Positions 53,068 through 64,000 of a stretch of 64,000 nucleotides of DNA are shown one piece after another. Position 1 is the stretch's first letter. Every line of letters begins with the position of its first letter. The stretch covers positions 5,980,509 through 6,044,508 of the forward strand of contig CAVNZM010000003.1 of assembly GCA_963693365.1 (NCBI GenBank), read 5' to 3'. A program made the position numbers and the translations under genes. The notes below the pieces were generated by a model. The model had not been told where the DNA came from, did no database searches, and saw nothing but the letters and a program-made list of their open reading frames with translations. Source of the stretch: Amoebidium appalachense (lineage: Eukaryota; Protista; Ichthyosporea).

Positions 53068-53190
53068 ATGGAATTCAACATATACCTTCAAGTTGTATTC
53101 ATGATTTTGGCTGTCGCTGTTGGTGGATATTTAGGATACCTTATCGTTCTGAAAATAATGGCCGGTTGGAGTAAAGAAAAAACAAACTAA
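53068..53190 (+). CDS. 40-aa single-pass membrane protein
   Basis: CAAAAATG context; IYLQVVFMILAVAVGGYLGYLIVL followed by a basic tail. Confidence 0.45.
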   Translation: MEFNIYLQVVFMILAVAVGGYLGYLIVLKIMAGWSKEKTN

Positions 53191-53734
53191 CGGCCCAACG
53201 GCCTCCGGGGCCCCGTGGGGCACAACTGTTGATGCGGAGAACGGCCTGTGGGGCACATGCGGCTTCTGGTTGGGCCGCGGGTTTGGGCCACGGGGGGCTG
53301 AGAGGCGACGACGTCACGCCAACCAATAAAACCCTACAGCGTACGTGTGCCAACCCCGGTCTCTCGCCCTTGTCCCCCCCCCCCCCTCCCCCTCCCTCTC
53401 TCTCTCTCCCCCTCTGTGTCTCGTCTCTCTGTCTCCCTGTGGCTTCCGGGGCTTTCACGCGCACACCCCCCCCCCCCCCCTCCCTCCCCCCCCCCTTTTA
53501 TCCCCCTCACCCTTTATCCCTCACCCTCCCCACCCCCACCCCCACCCCCTCCTTCTCCTTTTCCTCCCCCCCCCATCTCCCCCTGTCCATTCCCCACCAT
53601 GTATGTGTACACCTGTATACAGCACACCCGGCCGTGGATGTCGTTTTTAAACGCACGGGGGGGGGGGATAGGCTCCAAACAAAACTCTGTGGACAAGACA
53701 ATAAACAGTTTAAACATTTTCATTTGCCGGCCAC

Positions 53735-54553
53735 TGTTATTTTGTGTGGGTAAACGGAGAAGCAGAGAGCACAGATGGGTGTTATGTAAAACACAACACA
53801 AAGACACACGGGAAAAACACAACCGGAGAGGAGGAACGATTTCTGGAACCATAGGAAGTGAATACGACTGCTTGTGATTTATTTCAAGATGAGGTCCCTT
53901 TTATACTTGGGAATGTGAAACGATAAACCAATCAAAAGAATGAAAACTATGAGTGTAAAATATATCGAATAAAATGTCTGTCGACATTTAGAATATAAAA
54001 CTCAATCCTCCAATGAAAGAAACTTCTAATAAAAGCACGGAAACATTTAATAAAATGAAACCACTTATGTAACTATTAATTCATAACATATATTTATACA
54101 TGTTCTTATCATAACACGTCTAAATATAATTATTCCTAATAGTTGAAGAACATAGCACAATGCTACGTCGTGGGAAAGAAATGAGAAAGGAATGTAAGTT
54201 ACTATATTTGGGAAAATACAAACGAGATATGATTGGATGACATATATAGATTTTGACGCAAACGACAATACGTGTGCGCGAGCTAAGTATGTCGATACGT
54301 ACACAGATCTAAGATGTTGTGTACACGGAAACGGAAAAGAAAGAAAGAAATGAAGAAAGGAAAAAGGAAACAAACTACAACAACTAATAAATAAATACCA
54401 AACTCAACTTCTAAGTCTTGCTGAGAATTAAGTGAAGATGACATCCCCACTCAAGGGTTGGAAGTTGGGTTCTCGTGAAGTTTGTTGATGTGACTGTTGA
54501 TGTTAAGACTTTCACACATGTAGAAGTAGGTGCCGTGAAGTCACAGTCAAGTT
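53735..54553 (-). mobile_element. Inverted Copia D 3' fragment: LTR (53735-54443) plus PPT and 110 bp of 3' UTR
   Basis: Reverse complement of 36487-37306; no TSD. Confidence 0.93.
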
Positions 54554-56276
54554 CAACGGTGGCCTCTGCACGTGCCATGCATTGCTGCGGGCTTGCGTAT
54601 CCGAAATTGCTGGCATCTGTCCAGTCGTTGAATGTGTTGCTGGTGCTGTGGTCGGCCAGCTGGTCAAACACGTACCAGCGCGAGCGTGCATACGGCATGT
54701 AGACGTACCACCCCGACCAGTTGTTCCAGCGCCATGGCACACACGAGTTGACAAGTGTGGTAGACACGTAGCTCGAGGTGTTTGTCGCTGCACCCGGCAT
54801 GGTCTTGGCCAAAAGATCCGCCCTCACCACCACAGATTCTGCCGACCGCACCCCATTGGAGACCATGACATCGTTTGTGTTGATGTCACCAGACACACAG
54901 TTAAGATTGGGCGCACTGCTGGTGGTTTCGTAGCAAACCTTTGTATAACCGTTTGTGTCTGCGTACGCGACTATTGCCGCCCAATGATTTGTTCCGGCTG
55001 GGTTGGATACCGAGGCGCCCGCCGAAAAGGCTCTCCTTGCCAGCTGTACCCAGGGGGCTCGGGTGGTCTGCGGCACAACGCACACGTAGTCCCAACTCCC
55101 GCAGTCAAGCATGCGTGTCCACCTGTCCTGCGACGACTGCACCTCGGCAAACTTGCTGGGGTCGTACCGTCCGAACGCGTTGCTGTACTCGCAGTAGATC
55201 AGGTACAGCGGCGTGCGGCTCGCTGACATGCTTGCACACGTCATGGCCACGGCCCCTGCAGCCACACTTCCGATCTGGGGCCGCCGGCACGCCACGAAGC
55301 CCGGCTTTGGGACCAGGTAGAAAAATACGGACGCCGTCATCTGACGGGACTCGCCTTCGGGTCTAACAGGGGGCGTGGACATGTCTAAGGTTCCGACCCC
55401 GTAGACAGCCACCGGCTCGGTGTTGTTCTTGCTCACTATCTTGCATGGCATCAGCCCATGCTCCTTAGTCACACAGAAGCCCCCCCACACCGGTCCATAC
55501 GGGTCGCACTGGAACATCACGGCATTGCGCGGTGGCACCCCCCGGCGCACCAGCGTGTAGGTCTCAAACTCCACCTCGTTGCACGCCAGCCGCCGCACGT
55601 CCCGCCCGATGGCTTCGGGATCCATACAGTGCAGCGTCACGTTGCGCACGCCCACCTCGCTGTAGCTGCTGGCCGTCTGTGCGCCGATGCACACGTAGCT
55701 GCTGCTGGGCGACACGGACGTCGTCACAGCCGTGCTTGTGACGGTCTTTGTGGCTTCCCCGTGCACGTACGTCACCCGCTGGTCCCGGACCACGTCAATC
55801 ACAACTGGCGTCCAGGCTCCCGCCGTCGTGTACGTGGAGTCGAGATCCACGGACTGCGTGAGCGTCTCGGTGCTCAGCGTACCTACCTGGCCGTCCATAG
55901 TCAGCCGAAGGTCCACGTTGGTGCTTCCACTGCTCGATGCGTGCCCCAGAACGGGACTCCACACGGCCGCCCATATCTTGGTTCCCGGCAGCGCCGTGAA
56001 GCGCTTGACCCGCACCTCGAAGCTGAGCGTAAACCGGCGGCCCGCATGCAGGGGCCAGAACACATAGCCCAGCTGGCTGGCCGTGCCCGGGGTCAGCCGG
56101 ATCTCCCCCCCTGTCTTGTCCAAGTACGCACATCCTCCCAGGTGGCCTGTGGCCGGGGCCTGCCAGCCCGTGGCCGCCCACACGTCCGGGGTCTCCCAGA
56201 CGAGGCACCGCGATCCCTGCTGGCTGGTGGGCAGCCACGCAATGCGAGCTGTAAGGGCACTCACACGGTCGCCCAT
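54554..56276 (-). CDS. Lectin-like plus DM9-like protein, paralogue 2; 3' end truncated by the Copia fragment
   Basis: MGDRVSALTARIAWL start; EIRLT...QLGYVFWP...FTLSFE (L-type lectin-like); VPPRNAV...GLMPCKI and TPLYL...WDYVCV (DM9-like). Confidence 0.65.
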
Positions 56277-56299
56277 AATGCAGTCCCCCACAAAATGTG

Positions 56300-57903
56300 C
56301 TAGGCGAGCATGGCCATGTTCAGGTACCAGCCACAGGCAGCGTGCCAGCGCCACACCAGCAGGTTGGTGTCCGTGTAGTCGGCGTTGGTGTACGGCGTTG
56401 GCGATACACGCGGCTTGGCGTTCTCGAACACGTCGGTGCGGATGATGGACGCCCCGTCCCGCCACGTGGTCTAGGCCGGCCACGACGGGGCCGGCTTGAA
56501 GTAGTACCCCCGCCCCAGTGCCGGCTTGTACGAGTAGTCCACGGCCATGAGCGTGACCCCTTTTGCGGCCGCCATGCGCTCGCCCTCCGCCACGATCTCG
56601 TCCACGTCCAGGCCCGTGAAGGTAGTCGCCGGTGACCACTCACCACCTACAGAACTTGTGCAGACGCCTCGTGGGAGCGTCACGTACCGCCCCTTGGTGG
56701 TCTGCGGGACGACGCACACGTACTCCCACGACCCGTCGTCTGTAAGCGTGATAGCGCCCATGTATTCACACAGGATCGAACCCCCCGGCTCGTACGAGCC
56801 GTACGTGAACGTGTCCGTGCGTTCCAGAGAGATGAGGTACAGGGCGCCACGCTCTTGCGCTGCCCGTGGTTTGCCGATGTACAGCGCGCTATTGGGCGGT
56901 CCCCCGATCTGCCGCCTGCGCGTTGCAGCAAACCCGGCCTTGGGCACGACATAGAAGAACGTTGTGCTTGAGTAGGTCGCCCCACCCAGGGCGTAGTACG
57001 CCGTCATCGGGCTTCCGGTCGCCGAAATCTTGCACGGCACCATGCCGTGTGCTGATGCGCAGAACCCCGCATAGATCGGCCCCAGATTAACATGTACCCC
57101 AAACGTCACGGCCCCCGGCGGCGGTTGGCTCGCACGCACAAGCGTGTGCGTGGGAAACTCGAGCTCGTTGATTGGCCGTCAGCGCGGCGTCGCACCCGGG
57201 CGACGGCGTGTTGGTGGTAAGCGTGATGTTGCGCACGGCGTGCTCGCACGAGAGCCCGCCCGTGCGTGCGCACAGTGAGAGGATGGTCGCGCGCGTGGGG
57301 GCAGGCTGTGTGGGCGTCTGGGTGTGCAGCTGCGTCCAGCCCGCTCCCTTGTCCAGCAGCACCTGCAGCCCGTTGATCTTGGCGGCAAACCGCACCATGC
57401 ACGTCCACCACACCCCGTTGGTGCCGGCTCGGGGGTACGTGGCTGTGCCCAGCACCGTGGCGCCAAAGTACACCCGCGGCTGCGCCTCGTACTCGTCAAA
57501 CGTCAGCCGGTACGCCCCGGGCTGCAGCAGCTCGTCTTCCCCCTGGTATCGCTGGCCGGAGTACCGTTGCCCCAAGCTAAACCAGTTGGCCCACAAGGCA
57601 TCGGCACCGCTGGTCGTGCCGTCGCCGGCCCTGAACTGGAAAGCAAGCTGGAAGTTGTCCACGGGTGGCAATACCCACACCACATAGCCGTGCTGGCTGC
57701 CCTGCTTGTCTGTCAGCCGGATCTCCCCGCCCGCCCTGTTCATGTACGCAGTCCCCCCCCAGCACGCCCGCCGCCGGCGCCACCCACGCCGTGCCCTGCT
57801 GCGTGGCGCTCCACGTTTCGGCGTTCTCAAGCACCAGCGTCGTCGTGTGCCGCCCTGCCAGCTTGTCGATTCGCGCGTCCAGCGTCGCCAGCCGGTCCGC
57901 CAT
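56300..57903 (-). pseudogene. Lectin-like plus DM9-like protein, paralogue 1 (frameshifts near 57755 and 57172, TAG at 56471)
   Basis: MADRLATLDARIDKL; EIRLTDKQGSQHGYVVW...FQFRAGDGTTSGADAL; PPPGAV...GMVPCKI. Homology to paralogue 2 continues past the stop (WRW...GWY). Confidence 0.7.
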
Positions 57904-57936
57904 TGCCCACTGCGCACATTTGTTTTGCCCTACTCA

Positions 57937-58724
57937 ATGGCGGACCGCCTCGCCCGCCTCACACAGCGCATCCTCAACCTCGAGGGCTCGCCCCCCCGAT
58001 GTGTGCTCCAGGAGAACCCCGAGAACTGGGCCCGCACCAACTGGGCGTGCCCCACCACCGGCACGCTCGGCGGCAGCGCCTACATGAACAGGGCCAATGC
58101 CGAGATCCGCCTCACCGACCGCGCCGCCAACCAGACCGGCTACGTGTACTGGCCCGTGTGCCCCGGGCAGCGCTTCGTGCTGTCCTTCAAGTTCAGGACC
58201 GGCGCCGGATCCACCCCGCAGAAGGAGGCCCTGTACGTGTCGTGGAACCAGGCCAACTCGTTCCCAAACGGAGCCGTAGCCGGCAAGGAGTTCCGCCTGC
58301 AGTTCAATCCGGGGTCCGGCAAGGTCGTGTCCTACCAGCCCAACGGCTCGTTCAACTTCACCGGCTGGCCCAGCAACGGCACCAACGGCGCCTGGCAGAC
58401 GTGCGTCGTCAGCGTCGCCCCGGACGCCGGCTACGTGTTCTGTTCGCTCGGTCGGCGGCGCCTGACATATACATTGGCCGACCTGACACCCGCGTCCACC
58501 GCCAGTACCTTTCTCTCGCTGTGCGCCTACACATCCACGGCCGACTACACCGAGCACGCCGTCAAGGACATCGAGCTGTGGACGTACGACCTGGGCGTGC
58601 CCGGCCGCGACGCCCGCTCGCTCGTGCTCAACGAGATCGACGGGCCCGGCTACCGCTGGGTCCGCAGCCCCCGCGTGCCGCCCGGGGCCGTGACGTTTGG
58701 GATAATCTACGAGGAGGGTCCTAC
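57937..58724 (+). CDS. Lectin-like protein, paralogue 3; interrupted by Copia D2
   Basis: MADRLARLTQRILNLE; EIRLTDRAANQTGYVYWP; reaches VPPGAVTFG just before the LTR at 58725. Confidence 0.7.
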
Positions 58725-61700
58725 TGTCATCTTCACTTAATTCTCAGCAAGACTTAGAAGTTGAGTTTGGTATTTATTTATTAGTTGTTGTAGTTTGTTT
58801 CCTTTTCCTTTCTTCATTTCTTTCTTTCTTTTCCGTTTCCGTGTACACGACATCTTAGATCTGTGTACGTATCGACATACTTAGCTCGCGCACACGTATT
58901 GTCGTTTGCGTCAAAATCTATATATGTCATCCAATCATATCTCGTTTGTATTTTCCCAAATATAGTAACTTACATTCCTTTCTCATTCCTTTCCCACGAC
59001 GTAGCATTGTGCTATGTTCTTCAACTATTAGGAATAATTATATTTAGACGTGTTATGATAAGAACATGTATAAATATATGTTATGAATTAATAGTTACAT
59101 AAGTGGTTTCATTTTATTAAATGTTTCCGTGCTTTTATTAGAAGTTTCTTTCATTAGAGGATTGAGTTTTATATTCTAAATGTCGACAGACATTTTATTC
59201 GATATATTTTACACTCATAGTTTTCATTCTTTTGATTGGTTTATCGTTTCACATTCCCAAGTATAAAAGGGACCTCATCTTGAAATAAATCATAAGCAGT
59301 CGTATTCACTTCCTATGGTTCCAGAAATCGTTCCTCCTCTCCGGTTGTGTTTTTCCCGTGTGTCTTTGTGTTGTGTTCTACATAACACCCATCTGTGCTC
59401 TCTGCTTCTCCGTTTACCCACACAAAATAACAGGTTTACGGCCCCTTTGCACGCTAACACACAATCTCGCTACAACCGCGAAAATCTCTCAGTCTTACTG
59501 CTTCAATCATGACTGACAAACCGTCGTATATCAACCTTCCAATATGGAATCCGTCCGAGAAACGAGACGAGAAACGTCTTAATTATTTCGAGTGGGAGCC
59601 ACTCATTCACCGGTTCATTAGAACCACCATTGCCGAGAAATTCGTTGACGCTATCAAGAGGCCACAGTGGGTTGACGGTGCTGAAGCCAACCAGTGGCTA
59701 GGCTACACCACCAAGGACTCCTACAAGAAAGCTTCCGACGTCCTCGACCAGATCCTCAACCAGTCCGTCCACCCGACCGAGCTCTACGACTCCGGCCGGA
59801 TGCAAGACGGTGTCCACGGTGGTGAAGTCTTCCACAACCTACGTATGGTGTATGTAGCAGAGAAGGAGGCCCGAGTCACCCAGATTCAAGTCACCTTCGA
59901 GGAGCTTGAACTACGAGACTACCCCAACGTCACAGCATACCTCACCCGTCTCCAACGTCTGGCTACGACACTTGCCTGCCTCGACGAACCCGTCCAGCAC
60001 AAGGATGTCGTACGTAAGTTCTTCCTCCACATCCGGAAGAACACAGCCCTGGACTGCCCCGACATTGAACGTCTCTGCTCCGACTACTGGATGAACAACA
60101 AGGCCTACCCGTCCTTCAACATGCTCATCAGTGACATCCGAGGAGCTGAAATCCGTGCCGGCCTCATCGACGCAGGCACAGGTGCAACCGTCAACAACCG
60201 TCCCCTCCGTGCACTCCAGAGCAGAGTGCTTCCCCCCGGTGACCTCCGTAACCGTATTCCTCGACGTGAGCATACACCTCACCGTTCCCCGTCCCGTTCC
60301 CGTGATCCTCGTCCTCCCTCCAAGTCACCCGGCCCCCGTTCAACTTCCCCTTACCACCGTGGTAACAGGGACAACCGTAACCGACAGCAGAACACCAACA
60401 GTGTGAAGTGTTCCTACTGCCATGAGCCCCACCACATCACAGCATGCCCGGAGCCTGGCTGCACAGTTGCTCGTCGTGCCAAGCAGGAGAAAGGTGACAA
60501 GAGTGTGAAATTTGCACTCATCTCCTCCACCGGCACACCTGACAGTAACGACCCCGTCTGGGACAGTGCTTGTAATGCACACATCTGCCCCATCAAGGAG
60601 TATTTCTCCTCCCTTACCCCGTGTCCTCCCACCCCCATTCACGGCCTCGGCACAGTCAATGCCAAACAACGTGGCATCATCAACATGACACTGCACTACA
60701 ACGGCCACCCAACACCGTGCAGCATCAATGCTTACTACGTACCCGAGGCACCGTCTTTCCTCGTGTCTACCTCCATGGCATCAGCTGCCGGCCTCCTAGG
60801 TCATTGTGACGATACAGACAACCACCCGTCGTTCCTCTACAGCCGTAATGGTGACATTATTACAGATCTCACCCCCCTCGACGGTCTCTACTACATCACT
60901 GACTATGTGATTGAGACTCCTAAACACCCGGGGGTCCAAGCCTACACAGCAAGGACTCAACCACCCGACGACCTCACCCTTTGGCACAACCGTCTCGGCC
61001 ACCGTGCCCTCTCCACCGTCACCAGGATGGCCAAGGATGAGCTTGTCATCGGCATGCCCCCCTCCCTCAAGTCACCCGACAACAGTGACTGCTTCGGCTG
61101 CATGTCTGGCAAGTCCACCAAGGCCCCCTTTCCCGGCACCCGTTCCAAGTTCACCATTCCCGGTGCTAAGTGGCACCTGGACTTCTTCGAAGCTCCCTGT
61201 GCTTCCTACGGAGGCTACAAGGTTGCTCTGGTGTGTGTTTGTGATGCCACCGGTTACACCACCGTGTTCCCCCTTTACAACCGTGGTGAAACCCTCAGCC
61301 ACATTCAGTCTCTCGTTGAAACCATCGAACGTCAGACACCTGAGATCGTCACCCATCTTCGGTTTGACTCCGGCTCTGAATTCACCTCCAAGGACACCGA
61401 GGCCTACTGCAAGCAGAAAGGCATCATCATGGAGTTTGCCCCCGTCGACACACCACAACACAATGGTGTTGTTGAACGGAAGATGAGAGAACTGCAAGAG
61501 ACAGTCCGTTGCTTCCTCCATGCCGACAAGGACCAACCTCTCTCTCCCAAGTTGTGGGTTGCTGCTCTCAAGCATACAAGCTACATCATCAACGTCACAC
61601 CGTCATCTGCTGCCAACGGCAACACTCCCTTCGAGGCCTTCCACGGCTTCAAACCCGACGTCTCCCAGCTCCACGTGTTCGGCTCCCCTGCCTATGTGCA

Positions 61701-63873
61701 TGTTCCCCGGTCAAAGAGGAACAAGCTGGCATCAACCGTCAGAGTCGGCACCTACGTCGGCTGGGACCTACCCTCCAAGGCACACAAGATCCTCGACCAT
61801 GCCAGCAACCAAATCAAGATCTGCCGTGATGTGATCTTCGACGAGTCGAAATTCACGGGCAGCACCAATCAGGTCTCCGTTCCCCCCAAACCCGATCTGC
61901 CGACATTGGACCCCCCCTCCGAAGACGACGATGAAACTCCGTCTGTGGTCATCTCCCAACCGTCCTGGCACAACCAACCAGCCCCGGTTGAACCCGTGCC
62001 TCCCCCGAGCCCCCCCCCCCCACTGGCCAACAACCCTTGCTGCCGGCCCCCCCGTTGCTGTGCATCAACCCGGCTACATGACTCCGGTTCGTCCTGGGTC
62101 CCCCACCTTCCACTCGGCCACGAGCAGCCCTGTGGACACCGATGCCCCCCTCACCACCGGTCCTATTCCTGGCTTCCATGCCCCTATCCCGGCCTCCACC
62201 ACCTACCCGGCCACCACCCCCCTCAAGGACCCCCCCACGCCCAACCTTCGTCGGTCTACACGTCTCACCAAGACTCCAACGGCACTGGTCAGCATCGTAG
62301 CACCGACCATCAACATTGACCAGCTCCCCAAGGGCATTCAAAAGCTTTGCAACGGTCCCAACGGTGATGCCGTCATAGCTGCCCTCACCTCCGAGTACCA
62401 AGCCTTCATCACCAAGGATGTCTTCACCATTGTTGATCCCCCCCTGGTGCCAACATCATCAAGTTCAAGTGGATTGTGACTGAGAAAGTCCTCAACTCAG
62501 CCGGTGACACCAAGATCAAAGCTCGTGGTGTTGCAAAGGGCTTCACTCAAGTCTACGGTGTTGACTACGGTGACACCTCTTCCCCCGTGGTGATGTCCTC
62601 CTCCGTCCGTGCCCTCCTTGCCATCGGTGTGGACGGCAACCATGAGATTCATCAACTCGACGTCTCAACTGCCTTCCTCAACAGTCCTCTTCAAGAAGAC
62701 ATCTACATTGAGCCACCACCTGGCTTCATCACCCCCGGCAACGAACACAAGGTCTGGAAACTTAAGAAGGCACTCTACGGGCTCAAGCAAGCATCACTGG
62801 CCTGGTATGAGTACTTCGACAAGGTCCTCCTTGCTCACGGTCTCGAACGTCTCCGTTCAGATCCATGTGTCTACATCAAGACCTTCCCCAACGGTGACAT
62901 CATCCTCACTGGCAACTATGTGGACGACGTCATCATCATCTGCACGGCCAACTCCTCCCACACCAAGGATCTAGTAGACCACATCATGAAGTCAGCTCTC
63001 TGCAAGGTTGACCTTCCCGACATCTTCCTTGGCACCCAGCTCATCCACACCCCCGGTCACCTCAAGCTGCTTCAGCAATCCTACATCAACGACATCGTCA
63101 GAGACTTCAACCTCAACGATGCTCACCCCAAGGCTACTCCCATTCCCGTCGGCACCGTCATCACCATCAACGAGAACGACTCACCACCCATCAAGGTTCC
63201 CTACCGTGAACTACTCGGCCGTCTTTTGTGGGTTGCTCGTTGTTCCCGGCACGACATCTCCTTTGCCATCGGCTACCTCGGTAGATTCAGTGCCAACCCC
63301 ACCAAACTTGCATGGGAATGTCTACTCCGTGTAGTTCGTACCTCATCGGCACTTCCAACCTCGGCCTTCACTACGACAAGTCTGCTTCCGACGACAACAC
63401 CCCCTTGCTGGAGTGTTATTCTGATGCTGACTTTGCCAACTGCCCCAACACCCGTCGTTCAACCACCGGATACGTCATCTTCCTCAAGGGCATACCCATC
63501 ACATGGTATTCGAAGCTGCAGTCCATCACGGCAACATCCACCACCGAGGCTGAGCTTCTGGCCATCAATGCTGCTGTTCAAAACGTCATCTGGCACCGTG
63601 ATCTCCTCCGTGAACTCGGCTACCCGATGACCGACCCCACCCCCGTCTACTGTGACAACCAGTCCACCATTGCCCTCCTGCACACCAACAGCATCAAGCA
63701 CCGGACCAAACACATTGCAGTCCGTTACCACAACACGAAGGACTACATCAAGAGTGGGGATGTGGTCGTCACCTACGTGTCCAGCAAAGACAACGTGGCT
63801 GACATCTTCACCAAGCCCCTGCCCGGGCCCTCCCACGAGCAGCACCGTGATTCACTCAGTCTTCGTGACTGAG

Positions 63874-63918
<45 letters not shown>

Positions 63919-64000
63919 TCATCTACAGTGGTCTTCAAGTAGGTTGGGGCCCTGGCCAGTGGTCTACACATCACCGTGTAGAGACACCTCCCAACGAAAG
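58725..64000 (+). mobile_element. Second Copia D copy (D2), running off the window
   Basis: 5' LTR 58725-59432; interior nearly identical to 31619-36200. Confidence 0.96.
59509..63872 (+). pseudogene. Copia D2 gag-pol polyprotein with frameshifts (~62030, ~62440, ~63338)
   Basis: Same motifs as D1; two shifts lie in C homopolymers, one is a missing G, and there is a 6-bp deletion near 63856. Confidence 0.9.

Noticed and set aside
54411-56639. 742-aa ORF as listed in the ORF track
   Set aside because: The first ~120 aa are an off-frame read of paralogue 1 and the last ~45 aa are Copia 3' UTR/LTR; the real start is the ATG at 56276.

Overview
Repeat-rich eukaryotic DNA; no rRNA, tRNA gene, CRISPR array or clearly intact host gene was found. 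1-11.5 kb is a nested LTR-retrotransposon stack: a non-autonomous Copia sits inside the 5' LTR of a related Copia, and that host element also carries a degenerate Gypsy-type element in its PBS and a solo LTR in its gag. 11.5-30.9 kb holds satellites, CA/poly-C microsatellites, decayed exons of a Plavaka-like transposase and a near full-length, disabled minus-strand LINE. A young full-length Copia (30909-37306, TSD CTAAG) follows, with a second copy from 58725 and an inverted 3' fragment at 53735-54553. 42.6-58.7 kb is the most unusual part. It has about 19 copies of a GACTTTGTCAAAT motif in both orientations around a compact, intronless, virus-like gene cassette: a Cys-repeat endonuclease, a SET-domain protein, small membrane proteins and three paralogous coiled-coil/lectin/DM9-like genes. 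No viral hallmark gene (capsid, polB, packaging ATPase) is visible, so a viral origin is inferred, not shown. All domain calls are motif recognition by eye; no searches were run.
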